Source: Octopus sinensis
Lineage: Eukaryota
Assembly: GCF_006345805.1 (NCBI RefSeq)
Contig: NC_043008.1
Span: 41,664,001 to 41,728,000 of the forward strand
Length of the DNA stretch: 64,000 nucleotides
Direction of reading: 5' to 3'
Shown: positions 12,251-25,258 of the stretch, one piece after another
Numbering within the stretch: position 1 is the stretch's first letter
Layout of the letters: the number at the start of each line of letters is the position of its first letter
The notes under the pieces: generated by a model
Seen by the model: the letters and a program-made list of their open reading frames with translations, nothing else
Told to the model about the DNA's origin: nothing
Database searches by the model: none
Position numbers and translations under genes: made by a program

Positions 12251-12733
12251 GCCTAGTAATCATTATCATTATTATTGCTACTATCGATGTTGTTGTCGTT
12301 GTTGTTGTTGATGTCGTCGTCGCTTTTGTTGCTGTTGTTGATTTTGTTGTATAAGGCATCGAGCTGGCAAAACTGGTATCCCGTCGGGTAAAATGCTTAT
12401 CAGCATTTAATCCCTCTTTACCTTCGTATTTCAAATGCTGCTAAGGTTGACTTTGCCTGTCATCCTTCCGGGGTCGATAAAACAAGTACCAGTTAAGTAC
12501 TTAGATCGATGTAATCGACTTTCACCCCCTCCTTTCAAAGACGGCTTTTCCTATGGCAAAATTTGAATCTATTATTATTATTATTACTACTAATAATAAT
12601 ATTATTATAACTATTATTATTAGCATTATAATTATCACCTCGCCAGATGACATTAAACATTAAAGATCGCTACATCACTCAGCTTCAAAAGTTCCCATTA
12701 ACAACGATTGAATTACAACGAATCAACTCAAAG
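12218..12733. repeat. Local direct duplication, copy 2 (contains a type A SINE at 12294-12570)
   Basis: See 10950-11424; this copy has a longer (GTT)n-like tract. Confidence 0.9.
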
Positions 12734-13574
12734 AAAAGAGCGTGAATGTTTTAGAATAATTTTGTAAGTAATACATTAACTTATGAGTGAAATTTTATTG
12801 ATTTCTTTCTCATATATTTGATGTATTGCAGATGTTGACATTAATGGCGGATTAGCTAACATTTGTAAACACACAGACGGAACTCAATTTAAATCAGCAC
12901 CAGACAGATCTAGTTTCTCAAAGAAAAACATGTCAAACAATACAAATTAAAATCGTGTCATTCGTATCAAGATTAAAAGAAGACTTTGAAACCTAAGCAG
13001 TAAAAATACGTAAAATGGAGCATGAAAAATTGTATGGAACTAGAAATATATAAACCACTACTCACCCAATAAAGAAAAATTGCATTCTAAGTAAAATATC
13101 CATTTTTACACATGTACTGTAAATAAAATAAAACATGTATAAAAAGATACGCAAATAATGTTTCTGTAATACATATATTTTTTTCAGCTATATTATACCC
13201 CCCACGAACATAATTTTTGGTGACAGAATAAAGCTGATGTTAAAATAAATGTAAATCGCAAAAGACTATCGAAATCAGGAAGACGCGTAGTCATATGCAA
13301 ATACGAAAGATATTAGAAGGCAGAAAACTTAAAAGAAACACTACGTAACGGAAATACATAGAGAAAGACAGAAAAACTGTTTTAAGAGTAAATGTGAATC
13401 CCAAAAGACTACCTAATTTAGGAAGCAGCTTACACATTTCCGAATATGTAAAACATCAGCTATAGAAAGAGAAGATTTAAAAGAAACGCTCTTTGGCGGA
13501 AATGCAAACAGTAAGCAAACCACAAACGGCAAGACTGGAATTGAAGTGTAATATAAGCATATATTCTTTTATTC

Positions 13575-13955
13575 TATTACTTGTTTCAGTCTTATGAGTG
13601 CGGCCTTGCTGGAGCACCGCCTTTATTGAAACAAATCGACCCCACAATTTATTCTTTGTAAGCCTAGTACTTATTGTATCGGTCTCTATTGCTGAACCGC
13701 TCAGTTATTGGGACGTAAATACACCAACATCGGTATGGGGAGACAAACACAGACACACAAATACATACATACACACATAACACACACATATATATATACG
13801 ACGGGATTCTTTTAGTTTCCGTCTGCCAAATCCACTCACAAGGCTTTGGTCGACCTGAGGCTATAGCAGGAGACAGTTGCCCAAGGTGCTACGCAGTGGG
13901 ACTGAACTCGGAACCATGTGGTTGGGAAGCAAGTTTCTTACCACGCGGCCAAACC
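13575..13955 (-). mobile_element. SINE type B, full length, followed by (TG)n at 13965-14093
   Basis: CGACGGGATTCTTTTAGTTTCCG..CACTCACAAGGCTTTGGTCG..CCCAAGGTGC..GGGACTGAAC. Confidence 0.88.
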
Positions 13956-13962
13956 TGCACCT

Positions 13963-14059
<97 letters not shown>

Positions 14060-14289
14060 GTGTGTGTGTGTGAGTGTGTGTGTGTGTGTGTGTAGAATAT
14101 CTAAGGAAAACTTAGGCCGAATTTTAAGAAATCAAAATAAAATTATTATTAAAAGGAATGTGGAAATATTTCTGAAGACATAGGTTGATAATTTAATTTG
14201 GTAGATATGCTTCCATTCATTGAGGAATAACGGCTGAAAGAGTATCAAGAAAACAATAATCTTTTTCTACCTTGCGTAGAAGAATTTAT

Positions 14290-14470
14290 TTTGTAGGAAG
14301 AGCTGGTCAATTATATCGAAATCCATTACTCAACTGGTACCTATTTCATCGACCCTCAAACGATGAAAGGTAAAGTCGTCTTGAGCAGAATTTTAACTCA
14401 GAACGTAAAAACATGAAAAGCAGTTTTGCAGTTGTCCTGTGTACTAACGATTCTCCCAGCTAACTTCATT
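14290..14470 (-). mobile_element. SINE type A, diverged
   Basis: ACTGGTACCTATTTCATCGACCC..GATGAAAGGTAAAGTCG. Confidence 0.7.
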
Positions 14471-15074
14471 ATCTAGATAATATTCATAGCAATAACAAAC
14501 TTAAATTGGACATCGTACACTTAATTGAAAAGGGTTCTAGCCCCAATATAACTGAGATACAAAAAAATATATGAAGTAGCACTTGGCGATACAAAATATG
14601 CAGATTATCCTCAAAATCTAGTCTTGCAGGTGCATGAGAGCCCAAGAAACTTGAATAATTATCTTATTGCAAGGGATAGACATAAAAGATAATACCTTTG
14701 AATCTTTAATGCTATCCATAGCTAAAAGAGCACAAATACAGAGAGAACAATTGAAAGACTAGATGTCTTCGCTACGTCGCGAAGAATTTGTCACTATTAA
14801 GGAAGGAGTATTGCTTGTGATATAACAATCAATTTCACTTCATTCCAAAACAATTTTATCAAGATTTAGATAAGACAAAATACAAAAGTATGCAGGAATG
14901 AGAGCAAGAAAAAATGTAGAATGTTTCTCAAGTGTTTAGAAATGAAAATTGTTGCTCCCAACGAACGAAAATATCAAAATCTCAGCGCATTGGCAATACG
15001 AAGCAAGTATCTTGTTTAGTTTCACGGACCCTATCAAAAGGCAACAACTGACAAGTACTAGAAAGTAGTGTGGA

Positions 15075-15290
15075 TGTGCATGGTTTAATGATTAGGGTGT
15101 TGGTCTCGTGATTGTAAGATTCTGGTTTAGATTCCTTGTCCGGTGTGACACGTTATGTTCTTGAGCAAAGCACTTCATTTCATGTTGCTCCAGTCCACTC
15201 AGCTGGCAAAACTGAGTATTCCTGCGATAGACGGCATCCTGTCCAGGTGGGGAATTCATACGCCAAGAATTCGGAAACCGGCCCTTGTGA
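15075..15290 (+). mobile_element. SINE type C (CORE- and V-domain-like)
   Basis: tRNA-like head, GTTCTTGAGCAAAGCACTT and CCTGCGATAGACGGCATCCTGTCCAGG. Confidence 0.75.
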
Positions 15291-15392
15291 TTCAACAGGA
15301 CTGAGAAGGTAACTGTTACTTTTTCATTACTAGAAAATAATAAATATTTGGTTGAAATAGGTTCAAGGTATGCGCATAACATTCTATTCTAG

Positions 15393-15549
15393 GTATCCCA
15401 GCAAAGGTGACCACTCGCACGCACAACGGAGAAACAAAGCATTCAATGGTCCTACCATATGAAGGAAAGGATGGGATAACACAAATCATAACAGGATGTT
15501 TCGTGGACAAACATAGAAGTCATCTATGTACTTCCGGACTATATCTCAG
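15393..15549 (+). CDS. Candidate internal coding exon, unidentified protein (phase 1 to phase 2)
   Basis: CATAACATTCTATTCTAG| acceptor and AG|GTATGT donor; 157 nt open: (G)IPAKVTTRTHNGETKHSMVLPYEGKDGITQIITGCFVDKHRSHLCTSGLYL(R); non-repetitive. Confidence 0.55.
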
Positions 15550-15812
15550 GTATGTCTAAATATTTGGAAGAATGGATTGACACGATTACTCTCAATTGTA
15601 CTGGACGTGGAATGGTAGGACTGATGTACAAGGACATGAGAGGAAATGTACCTCTGCTGATAGCAGAGTTTACCATTTGACCTTTCTGCTTTTAGACAGA
15701 TGAATGCTATTTAAGGAAGATTTGACTACTGTTTCAAGCACATCAAGCAACGACATAATGTAGAGACTTCCTCTGACGAATTATATGAATATGGACATAT
15801 AGACAGACAGAC

Positions 15813-16252
<440 letters not shown>

Positions 16253-16773
16253 TGCTAATGCTATTTATCAATATATCATATGTATATGATTTTCACTACA
16301 ATAATTTCACACTCTATTACCTTTCCTGTTGAGTGATAGTGATTGTTACGTTTTTTCCATCTTACAATTTTATGCAACAATCTGAATATTACGATTTTCT
16401 CAAGATATTTCTTCTCTATAATATCCAACTCTATTATTTATGAATTATTCACATTCACTTGTAGATTTGTCTTCAATCTTTCCTTACATTCATTCCGAAA
16501 CTAGTTATTATCTTTGCTAACTGCTTTTGTAAGAATGTTCCTATTTTGTTCAATTTCGTGTGGTTTTGGATTCAATTGTTTTATATATTGTTGCAGGAAT
16601 TTTTCAATTCTTTGTTATTTCTTATCAAAAACTACTTTTGGTACACTTTTCCGTCTTTGCTTTATTTTATTATTGTTCATTAACTTAAATATTCTTGCTG
16701 TTGAAACCATATTAGAATCATACTTCAATTTTTCATGACAGCTTCTTAGATATATTTCATCAGTATTTCACAG

Positions 16774-16909
16774 AAATCTTAACCGTCGTGAGACGAGTAT
16801 GCTAATTACAGTATCTCTGCAGAGAAATCACAACGTACAGCTACAATGCTGGAATATTAACAAATGGGCAAAGCAATTTGCATATATATGTCAGTTTGAC
16901 AACCGCTAA
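16774..16909 (+). CDS. Candidate next exon, phase-compatible with 15393-15549
   Basis: TATTTCACAG| acceptor; (R)NLNRRETSMLITVSLQRNHNVQLQCWNINKWAKQFAYICQFDNR*; alternative weak donor T|GTCAGT after 16889. Confidence 0.4.
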
Positions 16910-17786
16910 ATATATTTACACGAACAGAAATTTCAGTACCACGAAATATAGTTGTCTTTAAAGCATAGCAAGTCTCTTTGGGACACAATCTTGAAGACAT
17001 ACGCAATGTTGCCGCTAGAGCGCAGAATTTTTGACGTGACCTTGGATTATTGTTCGTTTCCGGAACGAAATTCCAGATAACGATTTTTTATTATTTCTTT
17101 TTGTATTGAGTGATTCAAATATAATCCAGTTGGAGCGGCAAACACTTAATATTCCATATGTCATGTTGAAGATTATACCATGGCATGGAGAAAAATTAGC
17201 AATATGTATGGGTGTATATGAAACTCATGTAATACCTCTAGAGTATTTAGATTTATGAAGTTTAATCTTATCTCTGTAACACACACGCGCATAACACCTG
17301 CTTGAAATGTGGAGTAGATAAACAGCCGACAAATGATGAAGGGTCGTTTTTATGTTACTTGTTTTGCCATTTGTTCCTTACGTTGTTCGCAAAAAAGTTC
17401 GTATTTGGTATTTCATTCACACCACACGACCACTTTGAATGAACAGCACATGGAATTTATGTCTCCACACTATCCATTCGTAATAACGAAATATGAACTC
17501 CTATAGGAATTCACATACGATGGCACAGGAAACCTTTCTACGCATTCTACACAACACATCCTCGGATAATGGAACAGCAACTTTATGCATCATATATCCC
17601 CCCACCCATTTCCAAAATAACTCCGATATTGAACTCTACTCTTACCCTCTCGTATCGTCTCTGATAAAAGGATATCCCTAATATCCAAGAAACAATCTTT
17701 CTTCATATAAATATCCAAGAAATTTCACACTGCCTTGGCTTTGTTGTCTCATTTTGTTTAACATATACATGCTCACACAAGACCCG

Positions 17787-17945
<159 letters not shown>

Positions 17946-18999
17946 CGTATTTGTATATATTCTTATATACTCAGAAGGACGTTTGAGCATTATAGGTACA
18001 GTATAGAAGAAGAATTTGTAAGATGCTAAATTCTTAGATACTACAGACTGGGTGATGCGAGTGCTGCAATACAACTGAATTTGAAATGGACTACAGGTTT
18101 CATTTAATCTCTTTTGGGAGATATGGATATACCATTTCAATTACTCGGCACCAGATCTCTAATCATATTGTCCAATATCTCAAGCAGATTCTGACTCTTA
18201 TTTCAAATGACCAAAGTCGTATCAGTGAAGATATAATCACACCACCCGCCCCGCCCAACCTTCAGTTGCTGATATCTTCCTCGGGCCATGAACAAGTTAA
18301 ATAGTTTTAGATTAACATTCAAATTTATTTAAAAAATCATATTCAGCAATGAAGTTATATTAAGATTTACATCGACTGTTGATATTTGTTGATGAAATAT
18401 ATCGATTAATTCAGTCTGTGGTAGATTACCAGTTTGTCGGTGTTTGCAACACGATTTCGATATCTAAAAGTAGATTCTTCTTCTTTTCCTTTTTTTTTTG
18501 TCTCTGTTCAGAAGTGAATATTGGCAAGATATGATACCCAAAAGTCCTATTCAGTATTCTCATTACGCTAATGAGATTAGCAATCTCTTAATTGATATTA
18601 CTGGCAAGAAATAAAAGAGATTTTAGTTTTACAAATTCAATAATCGATTTAAATATTTTTATTTTTGTTTATGCAAATCAGCTTTGGCATTTATCTAATT
18701 TATGCGGTGACTATATAGATGATTAGAAGTATCACTTACTCAATAGTCACAACAACGATGGCGTTCTTGTTGTGGCCATCCCTTCGTTTATACAGCCATT
18801 GTGGATCTAGGGTTTTATAACTCTTCGTTCTTTAGAGTACAGTTCGAGCATTTCGAGTGAGCACATTGAGTCTCGAGGCGTTTCATCGCGAAAACAATCG
18901 CAGAAATAAGACTCATCAGCTTTAAAATATTTGTTTTCAGCTTGTCTGCAGCAGATTGATCCGCCATTATTTAGAATTTATTCATTAAAATTCTCTTCT

Positions 19000-19089
19000 A
19001 CAGCCAATGAAAACAAGTATTGATAATAAGAACAGCCAATGAAAACAAGTATTGATAATAAGAACAGCCAATGAAAAGAAGTATTGATA
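19000..19089. repeat. 32-bp tandem repeat x2.8, each unit containing AGCCAATGA
   Basis: ACAGCCAATGAAAACAAGTATTGATAATAAGA starts at 19000, 19032 and 19064. Confidence 0.92.
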
Positions 19090-19179
19090 TCATATTCCTG
19101 GGAAGAATTGTGATAGATTTAACCCGTTCCCCGATTTAACGCCACCAAACAACACTTTATGTGGCTTTAGAAAGTCCAA

Positions 19180-21975
19180 TCGTCGTCGGCGGCATTTTAT
19201 TGTGTGTCCGCTAATTAATTTGATTTCTTGACCGCTTCTTCCCCTCTGTCGGTGTTTATGCTTCTGATGACTATTCACGCCGATTCTTGCATGGAAGCGT
19301 CTATTGCAAAGTTCACAAGAGATCCTTCGTGGATGCTTTGGTTGTTGCAGCCTCCATTTTCTTTCTTATCGTTTCTCTTCTTCCTCCCTTGTCGTTCAGC
19401 TTCAAGATGATTTGTCACAGGGGAGCGGAATTATGCCAACCGGACCTCTCCTGAGCTTCAATTTCCCAGGCTTTGGGATCGATTCCAGTCGGTCTTAGGC
19501 TTTTATTCAGCTGGTTCCTGTATCGATGGAGGGGACAACCACGGAGTCTTCTTCCGGTGGTAAGATCACCATATAAACTTTGACGAGGCAGCCTGATCTG
19601 TTTCATTCTGGCTACGTGGCCCGCCCAATCCAGATGATCTTCCAGGCTGGTGACCTCGATGCTGCTACTTTTCGTTCTCTCCAAAACTGAGACATCGGTC
19701 ACATAGTCATTTCATTTGATATTCATAACTGAGTGGAGCATTTGTGGGTCAAATCGCTCTAGTTTTTTTTGCGTCATTTCGGTAGAGACCAGGTTTCACA
19801 ACCGTGGAGATCGCGAGACAAGGAGTAAACTGCTCCTTTCAGTCATGGTCGGGTTTTGTTAGTTGATTCAGATCTTTATTCTTAAAGACCCTTTTCGCAA
19901 GTCCACCAAACGCAATATGAGTCGCTGTTAATCGGTTCTCCGCGTTCTTTACCGATGTACACTTGTCCACAAACAAACTTCTTAAGTATGAAAAGTGGCG
20001 TCTCCGAGATGATAATGTTGAAGTCTGGAGTTACCTGACTTATAACGAGTTATGCTAGGATTTTTGTCATTTTGATGTTGACGTTTAGGCTCAACCGACT
20101 GTAAGCTTGGTGAAATTATTCATCGACTGTTGAAGGTGTTCAGTGAAGTGGCAGACCGTTCAGTGATCTTTTGCTTCCTGGTCAGTCTTCATGAATTCAG
20201 TTTGGCAAGGTTCAAACATTTCCCATCATATCGGTACATAATGTTGATTCCTGGACTGTCCGAAATCAGTTCATGAAACATTGCTGCAAATTACAGAGAG
20301 AAGAGCATCGGGGCGCAAACACATCCTTGTTGTAATCCTAAAGTGATGGGAAATTCTTTAGATAGTTGGTTTTGATCGAAGACGGTTGAAGTCATACCGT
20401 CATGTAATCCCTGTGGTAAGGAAATGAGCAGATCGTGGCAGCAGAGACGTTAGGGGACCATCTACATTGCATTTTTGAGGTATAGAAAACGAAATAGAGA
20501 GGTTTTTGTTGTTCTCTACTCTTTTGTTGTATTTGTCGAGCACAAAAGATCATGTCAATTACCACTCTGGAACTGTTAGCCGTTCGCTTAATGCGAATCT
20601 TTCTTTTGACTCGTTGCCGGACGATGAAGTAGTCAAAGAAGTGCCAGTGTTTCGACCTGGGGTGCTTCCAGATGGTCTTCAAGCGATTTCGGAACCGAAA
20701 TTGGGTGTTGGTAATGAAGAGAGAGAGAGAGAGTTCAGCAACCAGCCAAGGAGCAAGAGTCCATTTCATTGTAGTTTCCGACTCCTTTTTTAATATCATT
20801 CTCCCATAGTCTGTTGGCTCTCCCCACTCTTGCATTGAAATCCCAGAGGAGTTGGTGGAGGAGGAGCTTGTCATTTCGGAGTTCATTGAGGATCAGGTCA
20901 CTCAGCTGTTGCTAGGTGTCTTTCACTTTGTCATTGGCATCAAATGTAGGTGCGTAGACAGAGATCAGTGTCATAAAGGTGGTAGCAGAGATCGGTATTC
21001 GGAGTGACATAAGCCGTTCATTGATAGAAGGAGGTTTCAGATGCTGTTCTTTCACAAGCTTGGAATTTAAAGCAAAAACCAGACCGTGAATTTTTATCTT
21101 TCCTTCTTCTTTCTCTTTCTAGAAGAAGGAATAATCTGGATCTATCTCTTCAGTTTTTCCTTATCCGATAGACGTGTTTCACTGAGGGTAGTGGTGTTGA
21201 TGTTAAAACTCGCTAGTTCTTTGGCGACAAGAGCTGTTCTACGTTCTGGCCTCTCCATGTCTTTGAGGATCGAAGAGCGTTCACAAGTTCCATTTTCCAA
21301 TGGTTAATTTGATTAATTTAATTTCTGTTGTTCGACCGTTTCAGTGGGTATCCTGCAGGACGCAGCTTCCCTGCCAGCATTCTGTGGTGACATCCGATGT
21401 TTGGCCCACCTTTTTTTAGGGTCTTCCCTGTTCAGAGCGAGCAGAGGTCTTCACAAATAAGCCTGCCCAGTCGCAGATGTAGGACCGAGTCGTTTCGTTA
21501 TCATCAGGGTCCCAGGAAGTTGACCTTCCTGTATCTGCCGCCGACGTGCAGGTCCGGACTAAGAGCTTCTAGTTTCACCAAAACCTCCTCCGACCATCCT
21601 TACCCCATCGCCGTTGGGATTTTGCAGAGAACAAAAATAGTAAGGAAAAGCTGGATCAAAATGAAACCAGCTAATGGCGTGAGTTTGTTTAGGTAGAGAC
21701 CTCCTTGCCTATGGGGTCCCCACGCACAATGACCCACAATTATTCTGCCGCAGTAGAAGGTGAGGGAGAAGGTGAGCGCTTTTATGCCCTTTTCGAAACA
21801 GATCTTGATTTTAGTTCTGATAGGTGATCTCACCCTCCCCCAAGATCCAGCAAGCTGAACCAAGAGTCGAGCCGGTTTAGTGGTCGATGACCCGACCATG
21901 ACTGACAGGAATGGGATTACATGTTTACCCCTTGTCTCCAAAAAGAGACCTCAGTACCCGTTCAGTATGTTCTTA
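19180..21975 (-). mobile_element. RTE (BovB-like) LINE, decayed, with GC-rich 5' region and internal deletion
   Basis: ERRTALVAKELASFNINTTTLSETRL (APE), HPRSKHWHFFDY, DMIFCARQIQQK (RT), WAGHVARMKQIRLPRQSLYGDL, C-terminal CELCNRRFHARIGVNSH, and a GCCGACGACG 3' end. Confidence 0.9.
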
Positions 21976-22827
21976 GTATCTATGACAGTTCATGAGAGCA
22001 AGGCCTTCTTCATACCATTTGCGGAGGCCTTGTAAGTTTTCAATGGAAATACATTCTCTTCTAAATAATAGATAAAGAGATAATCCGCACTATTTTGCAC
22101 ACAAAAGATGTTCTGTCTATCAGAATTTCGAAGAGCGCTGACTAACCACAAAATCCTATATTTATAGCTTTTCTTCCATATTATTTTTGCTGATCTTCAT
22201 TTCGTATCACTTAAAGTTGTTATTCACAAGGTGCGTGTTTTTTCTGTCATGTAGTAAATACCTGCCAAAGTAAAGATAAGAATGTTAAATATATTAGACA
22301 TGTACACTGAACAGAGTTAGCAGCGAGATAAGAATATTTCACCGTATCTACCTATAACGTTCTGGTAGCGGCATAAACATTGCATCTGTATTATAAACTA
22401 TACACAGGTATACGGGCCTCAGCAATCTTTAACATCCATTCATATTAAAGCGTTAGATCTTAGTTAGTGTAAACTAGATGAAATCATTTCTTTCATTCAT
22501 AATCGAAACGGGGCTCTGAACATAAGCAACGGCAGATTATAACATAATCCTAGCTTTCATTTGGATGCAAATTTCTTAATGACAAGTACACGCCAATGAG
22601 ACCTTATAGTCAGCGATGCTGCACGCAATACAAAGGGGAATTATATTACAAAAATACTAAAATTTATGGAAACTAATTTTCTTCAAGACAAACGAATTAT
22701 CTCTTTCTATCGCTTTTCAAAACTCTTACACTTTTTCTCTCTCACTTTTTCTTCTTCATTTTCATCTTCTTTCATTTCCTCGACTTCCTTTTCTTTTCCT
22801 TCCTTGTCTTCTTCTTATTCTTCCTCT

Positions 22828-22838
22828 TATTATTATTG

Positions 22839-22911
<73 letters not shown>

Positions 22912-22919
22912 CAGTAGTT

Positions 22920-22973
<54 letters not shown>

Positions 22974-22995
22974 TTGTTATTGTTATTGTTGTTAT
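22828..22995. repeat. Compound (TAT)n-(TAG)n-(TTG)n microsatellite
   Basis: Read directly. Confidence 0.95.
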
Positions 22996-22996
22996 T

Positions 22997-23190
22997 AAGG
23001 CGGCGAGCTGGCAGGATGGTTAGCACGCTGGGCGAAATGTTTAGTGGTATTTCGTCCGTCTGAGTTCAAATCCCGCATAGGTCGACTTTACCTTTCATCA
23101 TTTCGGGGTCGATAAATTAAGTACCAGTTAAACCCTGGAGCCGATGTCATCGACCATCCTCCTCTCCCAAATTTCAGGTCTTGTGCTTAT
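22997..23190 (+). mobile_element. SINE type A
   Basis: AAGGCGGCGAGCTGGCAGG head plus core. Confidence 0.85.
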
Positions 23191-24368
23191 AGGATAACAA
23201 CTGCGAAGATCCAGGAAGCGATGAAGATATACGAGAGGCAGCTTACTGGATTTGGATGGTCTGCCCCACGATCTTTACATTTCAATACCAGACTTGTTTG
23301 CGGGCCTCTTAGCAGATGTCTACCTTACCTGGCAAAAAAATGGGAGAATTCCCACTTTTACTTGTCGAGGGGCGGTGACACTGATGAAAAAGGACCCAAA
23401 CAAGGAGGAAGTTATAGAAACTTTCAAGCCCATCACTCTGCTCAATGCAGTTGAAGATTTTGGCCAAGGTGTTAGCCAAGAGGTTGTCGCATGTCGTGGA
23501 TAGGTTAGCTTGCGAGGCACAAACATAAAACAACCGAAGCAGGACTATTCGTGACAACCTCCACCTTATGCGCTACATCATAGAGAGGGTAGGTAACGAA
23601 GCTGGCGTGGGTGGGGTACTGCCATCAATATTTGGCAGCTGTACTCAGGGTAGCCGGATTCGGTCTGGTTTACTACAGTTGGATCGCTGCTTTGCACAGC
23701 GGCATCTGCTCGGTTGCTTGGGTGAATGGTCACCTGTAGAAACCTTTCAGCGTCTTCTGTTCGGTCCGTCAAGGGTGCCCTCTCTTCTCTCTTCTGTATG
23801 TACTGACTCTTCATTACTGAAGAACCTGGAGGCTTTGAGAGGTGTTCTGCATGATCTAGGACATGGGAGAAGTGTATGTGCTTACGCGGAAACGATGTCA
23901 CCGTCATAGTGTCTAGCCACAGGCATATAGCCCTGATTGGCGACACACTAAAAAAATATTAAGCGGTGACAGGAGCAAAAATGAACGCGGAAAAATCAGT
24001 GGGCTGGCAACTCGGTACCCGGAGAGACAAGCCCATGCCGTCCAAAAGAGTTGTGGGGAGCTCGACAGACTATCTTGTTAAATTGCTCGGAGTCGGGTTT
24101 ATTCCAGACCTCCAGGTCGACACATACTGGGACGATCTCACCCAGAAATGGACCGAGAGGAAGCTGTCCCTGAAAAGTCGAGTAGAGGTGACGAATGTGT
24201 ACATCGCATCCGTCATCTATTACCGCTTGACCATCGTCCCTCACCCCGTATGCTCGTTGACCAAGCTGGTGCGCTTACTCTTCCGCTTTCTGTGGAAGGA
24301 GTGCATTCCACTCGTCAAGCGCTCCATTTGCTGTCAAGAGCCGTTGGATGGAGAGCTGGGTATGGAGA
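23190..24368 (+). mobile_element. Tx1/L1-clade reverse transcriptase fragment, frameshifted
   Basis: DGLPHDLY..FKPITLLN..KILAKVLAKRL, RTIRDNLHLMRYII, AYA(E/D)..VTV, TGAKMNAEKS, KWTERKLSLKSRV..FRFLWK..GELGM. Confidence 0.88.
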
Positions 24369-24371
24369 GCT

Positions 24372-24745
24372 AGCATCAAGATAAACAGCACATGACCTTG
24401 CAGGTGGGGCCCAGTTAGAATTTTCTTCTGATCGAGTAACACACCCCACTCAAAAGGTCCCTGAATAAGGGTTGTTTAAGGATGTTGAACGAAAACCCCT
24501 GTTTCCAAAGGTGAATTATTCAAACCCCAAAGAATCCCTCTCAACACATGGCTATGATGCTCCCCCACTACTTCTGCTCATGATCAGAGATGCACATATT
24601 ATCAGCCACTAAGAGACATGCGCAAGTGGTTAAGGCCAAATCTGTGGTATTGAGAAGAATTTTTGGTGTAGCCCATCTTTTATACTAGGACAAATCAATG
24701 TACATGATAACACTTTCAATCAGTTAAGTGGCTTGTGATCTTAAC
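24372..24745 (-). mobile_element. Unclassified interspersed repeat, abutting (TAT)n at 24747-24843
   Basis: Homologous to 11910-12250. Confidence 0.75.
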
Positions 24746-24811
<66 letters not shown>

Positions 24812-25030
24812 CATTATTATTATTATTATTGTTATTATTATTCAACATATATTTCCTTGTTCTACTTAATACGTATTCATGTGTATTATACGGAATTTTG
24901 AATTTTACAGTTAATCTCAAAAGGTTACAAACGTCAAAGGCAGAAAGGAAATGAAGGTGAAAGAATACAATGCATATATTATTTGAATGTATGTGCGTGC
25001 ATGCATGCATTGGATCTCTGTATAAGTATG

Positions 25031-25063
<33 letters not shown>

Positions 25064-25197
25064 TCACAAACACACACATAACACATAAATGTATTGAATT
25101 TAAGTGCAATACATGTATGTATATATATATATAGAGAGAGAGGGGGGAGTGAGAGAGGTAGACAGATATAAATGCAAATATATATATTTATACATAC

Positions 25198-25258
<61 letters not shown>

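Noticed and set aside
14552-14826. Two consecutive short open frames (IYEVALGDTKY.. and TFESLMLSIAKR..)
   Set aside because: Interrupted by stops and a frameshift, with no recognisable family or splice pair.
18878-18919. Minus-strand CTGATGA...GAAA
   Set aside because: No stem III ending in UH and no stem I could be formed.
19000-19089. 32-bp repeats as a CRISPR array
   Set aside because: The units are contiguous with no spacers, and the context is eukaryotic.
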